A stretch of DNA of 64,000 nucleotides, taken from assembly GCA_023231475.1 (NCBI GenBank), contig JALJEE010002679.1, forward strand, positions 1 to 64,000, written 5' to 3'. The position numbers were made by a program, and so were the translations under genes. Of the stretch, positions 39,203 through 52,662 are shown in pieces. Origin of the DNA: Seison nebaliae. Taxonomy: Eukaryota. The notes beneath the pieces were generated by a model. That model saw only the letters and a list, made by a program, of their open reading frames with translations. It was not told where the DNA came from and made no database searches. The number at the start of each line of letters is the position of its first letter. The first letter of the stretch is position 1.

Positions 39203-42200
39203 ATGGGTGATAACGAGAAACTTGGACATCGAAAGGTCCGCGACGGTGTCGTCACATACAAGAAGGTTTTACAAAAATTTTTCTTTAAAATTCATTCTAA
39301 AATATTTAGACGAGTACGAATGAATTGATGAGTTGCCTCCAAATTGGCATTGCCCATTTCATTGATAAAAAGGAGAATTATGCCAATCGAGATATTCTAG
39401 TGAAAGATTTCCACGCATCAGAAACCGATTATTTCCCAGCGTTATTCACAATCATTAACAACGATTTCCTCATTTCCTTCTAGAACTGGTTCCGACAATA
39501 CTATACAACATGTGTGGAGAGACTTCCGATTCAAAGCTTATGCTCCCTTCGCATTCCGCAAATTCCGTGCTACATTCGATATCACTTCGGCCGATTATCT
39601 GGTTTGTTCCCGATTTCTACTCTCATCTTTTCAATATCTACTTTCAGGTGTCAATATGTAATCAGGATTTGAAAGAGTTGAGTAATCCCGGTGCATCGGG
39701 GAGTGTATTCTACTTAACAAAAGATGATAGATTTATCATTAAAACAGTGACATATAAAGAATCGAAATTCTTGGGAAGATTACTTCCCGGATATTATATG
39801 GTTTTCATTTTTCTTTAAGCCAAACCAATTTAATTTTAATATTTAAACTTTTAGAATTTATCACAAAATCCCAAAACAAAATTACCCAAATTTTATGGTT
39901 TATATTGTTATCAAGTTAGTGTCTTCCAACTCTCCTTTTTTTTTATCGACGAATAGTTTGAGGAAAATGATTGTTTCGAATTAGATAAAGAAAATCATCT
40001 TTAAACTTTCACTAAATTCTGTAAGGATGTCATATCGGTAGCGAAGTATCAATTCACCATTTGTAAGAATACTATTCAGCAGGTGACGAATTTGTTTAAC
40101 AAGATTTTTCTTTAAAAATTCTTTCGGAAATTAATTTGAAAATTTTATTTCGTTTAATTTCTTGAAAATTTGTTTCTTTCCACTAATCTTCTTCTTTCAG
40201 ACGGGTAACAAGAATATTCGTGTATGTGTAATGAACAACATTCTCCCATCCAATTACAAGATGTATCGGAAATTCGATTTGAAAGGTTCCACATATAAAC
40301 GATTCGCCAGTAAAACGGAACGAGAGAAACGTGCCCCAACATATAAGGTTTTGTAAATATTGAGTGAATATGTGGGGAAATAATGTCAATTTTCATTTTA
40401 TTTTGAAGGATTTAGATTTTATGGAATTTTATCCGAAAGGAATAATTCTGGACTCTGATAAATTTGACGAATTAAATCGAACGATCGTCAAAGATGTCCG
40501 AGTGTTGGAATCGTTTCAAATTATGGATTATTCACTTCTACTCGGTATTCATTTAGTGGAAGATAAAGATGAGAAAGAAAGTTTCCATTTTTCCCCGAAA
40601 GATTATCATCCTCCACTTCATCTAATAGTGGGTCAGACACCTAGTCAAAAAAAGTTACCCACGAAACCACAAAAAGATTTAATGTTTTTTTTCCTTTTTT
40701 TTAATTTGTCCAAGTAATTTCCTGACGATTTATTTTGGAAGTGAGAGAGGAATCTTAGCAAAAACCGATGACGGCCAACAATTGTTATTATTTCTTGGAG
40801 TGATCGACATCCTTCAAAGTTACCAAGCAAGAAAACGTATCGAACATACACTCAAATCTATCTGGACTAGACAAGGCGTTTGAATTCATTCTCCTATTTC
40901 GGTTTAATCAAATTATATTTTCTTCTTTCAGGATACCATATCGGTCACCGATCCAACGTTTTATGCAAATCGATTTCTCGATTTCGTTTTCAAACAAGTC
41001 TTCGTCAGAGACAGTTAGTTACCATTTTCCTTCGCCCCCCCTCCACTATTAGTTCAATTTGATTTTATTTCCTGAAAATTTGATTAATTTGAAAATATGT
41101 TTGACTCGACAAAAAAAAATCGATTAATTAATTTGATTTTTTTTCTATTTCTATTCTGTGCTGAAAAGATAAAATTAAACGTAAAAAATTCAAGACAGTT
41201 GCAAAATTAGCAACGGGTAATACTTAATATTTTCATTTTCTTTTTGTCAAGATGATCGCCTAGTTTTGTGAGGAATTCTAGTTGTTTGTCTTCTCTCTGT
41301 GTGTGTACGTCGAGATGTTTGATTTTTTCGCTGAGTAACCAATAATTCTTAGCTAAAATTTTATTGGAAAAAAGAAGAATAACAATATTTTTTCAACAAT
41401 CCCATTTGTATTTTGTGAAACGATTATTATTAAGAGATTTGATGCTTCTTCTGTTGTGAATGGTTTTCATGTAGAGTTCCAATTTCTTTGTTGTTCTCTC
41501 AAATGAAATGCTTGATCAAATTGCCATTTCTCTTCAATCCAAATTTATTAATTTCTCTTTTTTTCTTCAATAGTGTGGACAAATCCGTCTCCGAACACGG
41601 CACTAACTTTACAACCGAAACCTATCACAATTAAAACTCCAAAAAAAGACGGTTATTATCATATTAATTTGATTGAGGAAAATTTTTGGGAAAATATTCT
41701 ATAAAAAAAAATTTGTTGAAAAATATTTGTGGAAAAAAATTTTTGGAATAATATTGTATGAGTTTTTTGAAAAATATTTTATAAAAAAAATTGTGGAAAA
41801 AAATTTTATGGAAAAATGTTTATTCTAATTTTTTAGGTGACAAAGAAGATAAAGATAATGATGCTCCACCTGATATCATTCAATCGAACTCCTCATCCCA
41901 TCAACAGTACGATACGCCTACAGCAAGTTCATATTCCAGTTATTTGAGAACAGTCCGAATTGACGGAAGTAAAGTGGATAGATTTCATAGGAATTCTTCA
42001 TTTGAGACAAGTAATGACCGATCTGATACAAACCGACCACAAGGAAATCATTATATGATGAAATTCGATAGAAATAATGATAATGTCAATAATAATTATC
42101 AAATAAAAGATGAAATGAAGAAACATTATCATCACGTTCAATATGAAGATGAGGAACGACAACATCATCGACATCATCCAAGTCATTACATTGCTCATGA

Positions 42201-43020
42201 TTTCAATCATAATGATCAATTAGATAATTATTATCACGAGCAACCGAATGATAATTTTAATTGGCGTGCAAATACAATTGAAAGGAATGTAAATACATCG
42301 AAACAACATCCGGTGGTGATGAAAAAACATTCGGAGATTACGATGATGGACAAAGGTAAATATCGGAAGGAAAATGAAAGATTCAATTTTTTTAATGACC
42401 AAAAACTTGATGATGGTTGGAGAAGGACACCACCGAAGAATTATATGGGTCAAATACAACATCCGGAACATGAGAAGTATAGAAGATTCGATATGTATCA
42501 TCATCAAGATGGAAAAGATAAAATTTCATATGATAACTTCCTTCACCATCATTCCTCACATCAGGAAATCCGATCTGAATATGATCGTTATGCAACAAAA
42601 ATTCCAATAGTGTTCAAGGAACCGCAAATCTATTCTAAGAAATATGAGGGAACATCATTCGCAGTCAGAAATCATAAATATTCTTCTAACAACGACAATA
42701 GACAACAGTTGAAATTTTATTCCAATTTGAAAATTTATTCGAATTTTTTATTTTATTCAGAGATCAATTATCTGCCGTTATTCATGTGAAGAATAATGAG
42801 AACAATCAATCGCCATATTCAAAACGGAGACATAACAAATATGAAATGTTTTTATTCTTTTCAATAATTTCTTCTTTTAATTTCAAAATTCCATACCATC
42901 AGCAATGATAATGAACGATATGATATGAATGAATTTCGAGACGTACATAATCCACATCAGGAATCAGCAAAAGTTAGTAATATTTTTCCGAAGTTTTCGC
43001 TGTCTGGATCTGATTATTAA
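39203..43020 (+). CDS. Type I phosphatidylinositol-4-phosphate 5-kinase with a long His/Asn/Asp-rich tail; introns 39266-39309, 39441-39483, 39602-39647, 39801-39854, 39915-40200, 40348-40408, 40654-40714, 40878-40931, 41014-41168, 41217-41573, 41652-41836, 42708-42760, 42848-42902
   Basis: [120 protein letters not shown] and DTISV.DP.FYA.RF. The kinase core is secure; exons after 41014 are less certain. Confidence 0.88.
41675..41825. repeat. Degenerate A/T-tract minisatellite inside a PIP5K intron
   Basis: Repeated GAAAA(A)TATTT(T/G)T(G/A)-like units seen directly. Confidence 0.5.
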
Positions 43021-46000
43021 CATGAATTATTAACATGCCCCATAAATATGACATTTGAAATTGGCTAATTCTTTTTTCTTTTCTGACTCCATAGTCATTT
43101 TATGTGACCAAACATTTAACATCCAATTAACTGGCATCGTTTAATTAGATTGAATATGTGTAGGTAAATTTCATTTGGTCTATTCTTTTCTTTTTCTGGT
43201 GATGAAGTTGTATTTGTGGTAAATGTGTGTTGTCTCTATTAGTGTCTGGGTGAATGAAGTTTTGATTTAAGAACGAATAAAGTCGGAAGGTTAATCGAAG
43301 TAATTTGGTTAAATGTAATTTCTCTACAAACAATTTTTCTTATTGATTTTTAAGTATTTTGATTAAGTAAATATTTTTTCGACAAACGTTTCCTCCCAAT
43401 TTGTGTAAGGGGGAGACAACAACACGATTCTTCTCGTCTTCTTCTGCACTGCAAATTATTTAACATTGTTGATTCGTTCTTACTAAGTCACCGAACTAAT
43501 CCCATTGAGCTAATCGAAGATAATACTTCCATTTGTTTCACAGAATTTAGTGGAATCGATGAATGAGGGAAAGGAGAGAATCATCAATCGATTACATCAT
43601 CTCCAAAACACCGTTAAGCGTTGGACAGCTACACCGATGAAATTAGAAGACAATGTCATTTATTTTGAATGAAAATTATTCTTATTTTCTACTTTCTCTT
43701 ATGAGTTCCATTTCATTACCCATTCCTCATGCAATATTCGCCTGGCATCATCACTCGAAAATAAATTGTTGAGTTAATTCGTAGAAATTTTTCAAAGATT
43801 TTTTTTTTCTTAAAAAATATTTATGAAATTCTATGCGAAGTCCATCCTCCTCTTATCTCCTGTTATTATTTTCTCCATCATTTGTTAAATTGACGATTTC
43901 TGTTAATATCATTCCTGAAATCTCCCAAATCTAGTCGATTTGAAGGAATTAATTTTCATTACTTTCTCCTTTCTTTTTTAATAAACAGTTTATATTAACT
44001 TGCTCAATTACCTCATTAATTTATTAGTTTCATCACTTCCATTATTACTATTTCTATTATTTTGTCTTTTAATTCATTTTTCTTTTTTAAATTTGTGGTA
44101 ATTTCTATTAGTTTCTTCTTTTTTCTATTCTTCTCTTGGAAATCTCTTTATTTGCTTCTCTTATTGTTCTGTGGAAATATTGTTTATCTTTCTATGAAAA
44201 TCTAATATTTTTTTGGACAGATCGGGTCGAAATTGAAAACGTCGATAATTGATGATGGTGGAAGAAGGGATCATCGGAATAGAAGAATGCTGAAGTGACA
44301 AAAAAGAATATTTGTGAAATGATATTATTTCATTTCCCGTTATGATTTAATTACAAACAATCAATAATAACAAATACAAATTGAATATTTTTATGGAGTG
44401 TGTGAACATCTTTCTCATCCGTCTTCTTCTTCTTCTTTTGTTGTTGTTGTTGTTAATAGAGGAGAAGGAAGAAGGAAATACATCTGATCATCAAATTGCA
44501 TGAATGATTTCTCCTTCTCCTCTTGTCCATCGAACGAACAATGGAACGTAACAAATCTTTTTCCACAAATAAAGAACGAGATATATATATATATATATAT
44601 ATTCACATTTACATGTCTCTATGCCACCCGAAGAGTACACTTCTTTACATTCGCTCTTTAAGAATTGGATCTGAATGATTTATGATTCTTTTTATTCATT
44701 TAACAGTTATTCATATTATTCTCCCAACTTTTCTTCTTTTTTTTCAATTTATCATCTGGAAGTAACTGAATGATACGAAAACGAAAATTGACCAATTCTT
44801 GTTTCCACTTATCAAATAATAACAACAACATCAATTTTCATTTTTCCTTCCAACTTTTCTTTTTTTTTTCACAAAGTTTAAATTTTTCTTTAACAACAAT
44901 TTCTTCGATATGATAATTCTCTTGACGAACAATAACAACAACATTAATAAACCGACATCTTTTCCTACCGATAATCTTTACAAATTCTACTTCTGGTAAC
45001 ATCTCTATTCTGATCATTAATCGTTGCTATTTGTCTTCTTATTAATCGTCGAGATGATCATGTTCTTCTATGTCAGTCTATAATTGTTTATCAACTAATT
45101 CTTTATATATTTCTTCTTCTCATGTCAATCTTTTTACATTTTTTTTTGTTATTTAATTTATTATTATATATTACAGTTCATTTTCTAACTACATCCTCCC
45201 AACCATCTTCTTTATCATTATCATCTTCTTTTTAACTCCTTTTATTTATTCACTCTCAAATCAGAATATAACAGTAATAATAAATCTGTATTTATCAGCT
45301 GATCTGATTCGATTATGGACCAATTTCTATTTTCTCATCATGAAGAAGTGGAAATGAGTATTGGATGTATGCTGATCCAAACCATTAAGTAGATTAAGAG
45401 AGGAACAAAAATAATAATCATGACGACAATTCATTTCCGCTATCTCCCAATTGTTCTCATCGCAATATCTCCATTTTTATTTCAATCAGAATAAATTGAA
45501 TGAAAGATATCATGATAAAATATTGGCAGTTGATAGATAGATAGTTTTATTTTGAGGATTTGAACTTGAAAGAATTTTGAAGTCAGCTCACTAACGGATC
45601 GTAAAACTCATACATTATCTTCATTATTATTCGTTTACTTTCCATCTCTCGTCGTCTTCCCGTTGGATGAAGGAGATGTGAAAGTTGAAATCGATCTGAT
45701 GATTTCTTCAGATCATCTAGAGATAGATTAGTGAATTCGAGTTTATTAGTTCTCCTTCGACGACGAGTATTGTTATGATGATATTCGATGTTCTTAACTT
45801 CAATGTCTTTTCTTCCATGCTAGATAAAAATTGGGATAAGATGTTGAAGAAATAGAATTCCATTGAATTTCCTTCTCTAATGATTTTGTTGTTCTTGAAA
45901 TGAGATGGGGAGTATAAAGATGGTCGAGATCGATATTCAATATTTGTTGAGAACGACATGAATTAGAAATTAGATGAGATTCATCATTTTCACTTCTACT

Positions 46001-46288
46001 AATTTCTTTTCCATTCCTCTCCTTCCAAAATTGACAGAACAAACTCAGAGAAAATTTGAGTGTTTTGGAGAAATAATTTGGGAAGAGCGAAAGAAAATTG
46101 AAGATAAACGATCATTACGACGGAAGTCCGTTGATGTCGATCGTCTAACCTAAATAAAAAGTTTTCATTAATCAAGGCCATCATCCATGTTCATTCTCCG
46201 TCGTTCCTTTACTAACGGATCTCATTTTATTATGTTCATTGTTCTACTTATGGATGAAATTGATTGAAAGTGAAAATTTCGAAAAATA

Positions 46289-48012
46289 ATGAAAATTGAA
46301 TGTTACTACTTCGTCCTCTCAATTGTCATCCTCCTCAACTTCGCCTCGATTAGTCATTACCCGAATATCGTTTATTCGATCGATGTGAATCCAATACAAG
46401 TATTAAAATCATCAAACATCAACGGAATTGTGAAATTGTGGCATTTGATAAAGAAAGTGGAGAAGATCAAAAATTATTTGAGAATCAAAAATGCTAAGGA
46501 AGAAACGGAACGATATGATTTTATTTCATTCGATTCACCTTCTCGAAATAAGGACATACGAATGAATTTGATCAAAAATAAGAAATATTATCGACTACCC
46601 ATCACCACAGATAATTTGAACGTTAATTCTTATGATTTCCTCACCGCCACATTGAAAAAGAATCTCATCGATAAATTTTATTCGCCTAATTCACATTTGG
46701 GGCAATTGGATAAAAATTCAAAAAATCTGTTGAATTATAAAAGAAGAAAAATTACATCAACAATGAAAAGTAGCACATTGGGCATTGGAAAACGGATGAC
46801 AACACTTCACTCGATTTTTCCTGATTATTTAGGGAAACGTCCGAAAACACTTTTCACTTACTATCCGTCAAACGAACTTTATTTCGATTATAATGATAAT
46901 ATCATTCCATATGAAATATTTCAATCAACAGTAACGAAACATCCCCTCATTTCCACTACCACAATGAGAATATCGAACGGATATTATTTATCGACTGATT
47001 CATATCGTTATCCGATAATCACTTCTCCATTCAACCACTTCACTACAATTCGACCGATCTATTGGACTTATCGAACGCTCAAAAACTTTCTTCCATATCA
47101 TCGAACTACCACCATATCCTCATTTGAAACAAGTACGACATTAAACGAACGGGAAAATGAAAAAGTGATAAATTCTCCTTTTCAAATCACTTCAATATCA
47201 TCTCATCAAATATCATCCACTACAACAATCTCAAAATTAAGAAGTTCAACTACAATTCCTAAAGTAACATCTTCAGCTACTATCAATTTTATGAATTCAG
47301 AAAGAACAACTACATTTAATGAAAAACTTTTAGAGAAATTTTCAACTTTGACTATAACATCCACTTCTTCCACCACTACAACTATTACCACTACCACTAC
47401 TACTACTACTACTACTACTATCATGAGAACAACTACTATTAATACATCCACTTTTGATACAACTCAACAAAGATCAACAATAACAACAATCGTTAGTTGG
47501 ACGAAAGGAAACAAGAGTAGCATTCATTTGGCAAGTGGGACATCGAACCATAAAATTGATAAGATGCTAAAAGATTCAAAATCGAAAGAATCAGGTGGAA
47601 TATTGAGAAATTGGCAGAAATTGTTATCGATTATGTCGATTATCATGATAGGAATCGTCTTCTTCATTCTCATACTCAAAGCTTTCTCTCATCATTGTGA
47701 AGAGTTAAGAGATGGTGAATCGGAATATCTTCAGAATAAAATCTTTTGCAAATCTTCAAAAGCATCAATTCAGAACGATAATCAATCTCACAGTTTCAGT
47801 AGTGTGTTCACTTTCTCTCCAAAGAAAGTTACCGTTCCGTTGGAAGAATATATTTCTAACAACAACAGTGTGCGACTGACCAATTTCAGGAATCGTGAAA
47901 AGAAACAGATAAAATTCGATCTAAATCCTCAACATTTTGGTACGAGTTCCGATTCATCGACTACATCACCATCCAATTCGGAATCATCTTCTCCCACTTC
48001 ATATGGAATGTC

Positions 48013-48050
<38 letters not shown>

Positions 48051-48478
48051 CAATAAATTGTTATAGTTTAAATGAATCAGAAACGTCATATACGTTGACG
48101 AATGGTGATACGGATGCGATTCATGTGGATAGTTCAGGAATGAATGATTATGCCAATTTCGAAGAGACGGACAAGCAAATGTTCGATTCGACCGATCTCT
48201 CTCAAACGAACACGTTTAATGAAAATAATCGTGTGAATAAAGAAAACCTTATTATGGCAGTTAATGATGTCTCGTCAGGTAATTATACGTATATTCATTC
48301 TTTAACAACGTCAATAAAAAATTGTGATTCTTCCAACAAAACTAATTATCATGATGTCACTAATTCGTTGTCTCTTACAAACGAGTCTATTGATTATGCA
48401 ACCGTTTCGAAGAAAGAAGGTCGACAACATCGTCCTCCATACGATGACGGACAAACATCAGAAACATTCCATCGATGA
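46289..48478 (+). CDS. Uncharacterised type I membrane mucin-like protein (signal peptide, Thr/Ser-rich stalk, single TM, Ser/Asn-rich cytoplasmic tail); intronless
   Basis: 729-aa ORF with hydrophobic N-terminus YYFVLSIVILLNFASIS, poly-Thr encoded by (ACT)n, TM LLSIMSIIMIGIVFFILILKAF at about 47621-47686, and poly-Asn encoded by (AAT)n. Confidence 0.72.
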
Positions 48479-49442
48479 ACATATACAGTCTGTTCGCCAT
48501 CTCGCCGGAGATGATTTCTTTAAATAAAATCTTCTTCTATTCTTTCCGATCATACGATCATTCCAATTTTCTGACGATAACCATTTAAATTCCATCACTC
48601 ATTTTCTCGGGAAAGTTTTATAGTAGAAAATCTCCATTATCAACTATTAATTACTAGTCATTCATAGTGTGAGTAGTACTTAACTAGGACCATTCTAAAG
48701 TAAATAAACCGAAGATGCAGGATAAATTTACCTTGAACATTCTTCATCATATAACCATCAATTTGGACGTAAATATGATGCTCATAAGGTCAATAATAAC
48801 GAGTTATTCTTGATCTATTATATTTCGGTCAATTCGGAATAGTCGTCTAAATTTTAAATCAACATTTCACATCCGAATGATGTTTTCACATATCGTTTTC
48901 TCAAGAAGAGAATAAAGTTTTGTTGAAAGAAAACTTCCGAATTCACATCATTCCAAATGTAACACGAATAGATCATGAATTTGTAGGAATGGAGAACTAG
49001 AATGGAAAATTGTTGGAAACGCATCAAACAAATCGCCTCATCAAATCTCCTCTATTTCTCAATCTTACGCCATCTCATAAGAATATATATATATATATAT
49101 ATCATCTAATCATAAATAAATATTGACATAAAAAATTTTCACTTAAAAGTCCTACCAATTCCTTCCCAAAATTTCATTTTATTATAGGAAACTAAAAACT
49201 GAGGAGGAGACTAAAGAAAAAACTTCGAATTGACATGAAATGATATAAAGATAATATTTCTTACATAACTCTACGTCTCTTCACCACGTCTCAGTTTGGA
49301 CGTCTGACATTTCTTAAAAGTCGACGGAAAATGTTATCCGTCGTGGAATTGATTTAGAATAAGAATGTGTAGATATAAGTTCCATTAAACTGTTCGATTA
49401 GAGTGAAAGAAAATTTTTATAACAATCTACTCCCAAATAGAA

Positions 49443-51275
49443 ATGTTTTATTTAACCGTTTTCCTCTTCTTCTTCCTCCAACATATTACCTCTTCCTATA
49501 ATGTCAACGAATATAAAGAGTTAGTCATTCGTCATCATCTCACCATCCATAATTGGAGTTTTGAAACAGTCACAAAATTATTTCAATTATTCCACGATCC
49601 GAAAATGATTTAGATACGTTGAAGGAGTTCTTCGAACACAATAATGAAGTTTAAATTGTTTCTACGAATAACTCGATAAGAATTTTCGATGAAATAGATC
49701 GACGTTTGGTCAATGCCTCGAGTAGCGAATGTTCCGGTAACTTTCCGAATTCCACCAATTTACCACGAACGAACTATCGACTTTGCCAATCAGAATAATT
49801 TCAATTATACAACTGAAGATATTTCAAAGTTTCTACCGAATATTATTTCCATTCAAAATTATCTAAATCATCCATTAGATTGATATTAATTGAAAAGAGA
49901 TCAATGGCCGACGTTCGAGCTAAACGTTATGCACGTCAGAGTATCATTGGACGATACGTGTCATATGATGAAGTTAAACTTTTATTCAATTTTAATTTCA
50001 ATTATTCATTAGATTAAAAGTTATATGATTGATATGGCTCACCAAAATCCCCAATATAAATTCGGTACCATTGGAATGACGTATGAGAAGAGACAAATTC
50101 CATATTTACAAGTTTAATTAAAATTTTCCCATCAATCTCCAATCTTAATTTTCATTATCAAAATTTCAATCTTTCTTTTTCTTTGACAGATGGGAACTGG
50201 TCAGAAAGGTATAATCATTGAAGCTGGTGCGCACGCCAGAGAATGGATCGCTATCGCTTCAGCTGTAAATATCATCGATAAAGTTTTGATTTTACTATGA
50301 ATTTTATACGAACAAGATAATCGTCGTCTCCTCAACTAAATTCCAGCTACATCATACACCGGATTTATTAAATAAATTTACTTTCTACATTTTCCCTATG
50401 GCTAATCCGGATGGTTATGAATACTCGAGAAATACTGTTAGTTCACAAAATTTATCTTTTATTAATTTCCTTTAAAAATAAAGCAACGCTTATGGAGGAA
50501 GAATAGACAACCAACAAACGGATATTGTAAAGGAAGTGACATTAATAGAAATTTCGATTTTCATTGGGGAGGTCATTATCTAAATTCTTTGGATTTCTTC
50601 TGAATGTACTGAAATTAAAGTGTCCGGTTCTTCTACTTATAGTTGTAGTGAGAAATATGCCGGTGCGTATGGAAACAGTGAATTGGAAACGAAGGCATTT
50701 AGTAAATTCATCGAGAACCATAAAGATACATTGGTCGGATATTTCGCTTTACACAGTTACGGCCAATTATGGTTAGTTCCATATGGATATCGACAAGTCT
50801 CACCACCTGATGTCCAAGATTTAGTTCGCTTTTTTCTTTCACCCGATTTCCATACCTAATTTTCAGATGGATGTCGCTCAAGTTGGAGCAAAGGCAATGT
50901 ATGATAGAAATCATGAAGCTAAATTTACCGTTGGAAATACGGCGAAGGTTTTATGTTAGTAAAATTTATGAGAAAACATTGAAATTTATGTTCAATGCAG
51001 ATGCATCATCAGGAGGGAGTGACGATTATGCGAAAGGAATTCATAACGTAAAATATTCATATACGATTGAATTGGCTCCTACCGATTCCAGCAGTTATGG
51101 TTTCGTCCTTCCACAATATCTAGCACCATCTGCGTGTGCTGATGCTTGGACTGGAATAAAAGCGGCATTATACAGAATTCATGCGAAGTCGACAGAACAT
51201 CGACAGGAGAATGCGAACGTACAACAATCACCCAAATATTTCACTACAAGATGGCCATCCTGGTTCTTATGGTGA
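49443..51275 (+). CDS. M14A metallocarboxypeptidase (CPB-like) with signal and propeptide; introns 49520-49569, 49649-49697, 49829-49878, 49973-50012, 50112-50189, 50283-50346, 50437-50483, 50572-50620, 50824-50866, 50955-51000
   Basis: AGAHAREWI (zinc H69/E72), NPDGYEYS, LWRKNR, D.NRNF, LHSYGQ (H196), Y.SSGGSDDY (Asp at the specificity position, as in CPB), YTIEL (E270); N-terminal signal peptide MFYLTVFLFFFLQ. Confidence 0.9.
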
Positions 51276-52662
51276 TGACATAAATAGGAAATTTTACGAA
51301 ATTTTATTTTATTTCATTTCCCTAATTGTGATAGAATGTGATTCTTTTAAAACTTATTAAATCTTTAGGATAAATTTCAATAAACACTCAACTAAATCTT
51401 CCGTCCAAATATCATCTAATGATCATTTTTTTAATATGTATTCGATTTCATAAGAAGCTCGATAACATTACGACGATTGTTATGATGGATTGTTACGTAG
51501 TAGATCAAACTTCGACCAATAGGGAAAATTATGGAAAGAAATTTATCATGACCAGAAAATATACGTAACATAAGATCTCCTCATATCAATTTCGTTCGGT
51601 TATGTAAATTTATAGAATTTGCTTTCTATCATTCCCAACAATCCAGGAAACGAAGTCAGTTGAATGGAAGATATTCTTTCTTTCTTTCTTTCTTTCTTTT
51701 TTTCCTCCAAAACGAAAAATGTATAATAATAGAAAAAGAAGAATTCAACTATAAATTATTGAAATAGCAGCAGTTGAAGATGATGATGCATGTCTAGTTA
51801 TTAGACATTCTTTTTGAATGTTTATATTGTGAAAAAATCTTCTCAACCAAAGTCCAATGGAGTAAAATGAATGAAATGGATACTTTCGTCATCATGTTTT
51901 ATTTCATACTCGAATTTATTTCAAATAAATGATAATCAACATCATGAAAGAAAGGGGGGAGAGTTTAAAAGTCAATTAGTTCATTGGGATAAATCGGAAA
52001 GGAGGCGAATCCATCCCTAATTATCTGACGATTCTAAAAAGAACGATGATTCGAATCGATGAATACGGAATTTCTACACCCAACTGAACTCAATTTGACA
52101 CGACAAAAAAAACAAATAATAATTTTTCGCCAGAAAGGATTTCGTTTTCCATAATTCGAACTTCCGTTCGTAGTTCATAAATTATTCGCTGTCTTTCTGT
52201 GGTATCTCTACTACCACTTCGGACACGTAAACGTTTGAACTGAGGAAACATATGGAACTTCTTCGAGATTTCCATTTCTCTTCAAAAAAAATTTAATTTA
52301 TTATTTCCACATTAATTCAGTCGATATCGATTCTCCTCCTAAACGTAATTATATAATTTCGTCATGATCTCATTAGGGCGTCGTAAAAAATTTCTTTTTC
52401 AATTTCTCAATGGATCGACGGATCCATTCATATGAACTGAGAGAATTGGAGAGAAAAGAAGTTTCTAAGAGTTCTATTTCATCTATTCCATCAGAATTTT
52501 TCTCATTTTTCCTCTTCTTTCCTTCCAATCATGTTCATCAATCAATTAACAACGACTTACATAACAATAATCTTAATAACCAACAGTATTTTCATGAAGA
52601 AGCTCGATGAGAAGTAGAAGTTTTTTCGATCATTTCTTAATTTGACCATCCAAAATATTTGG

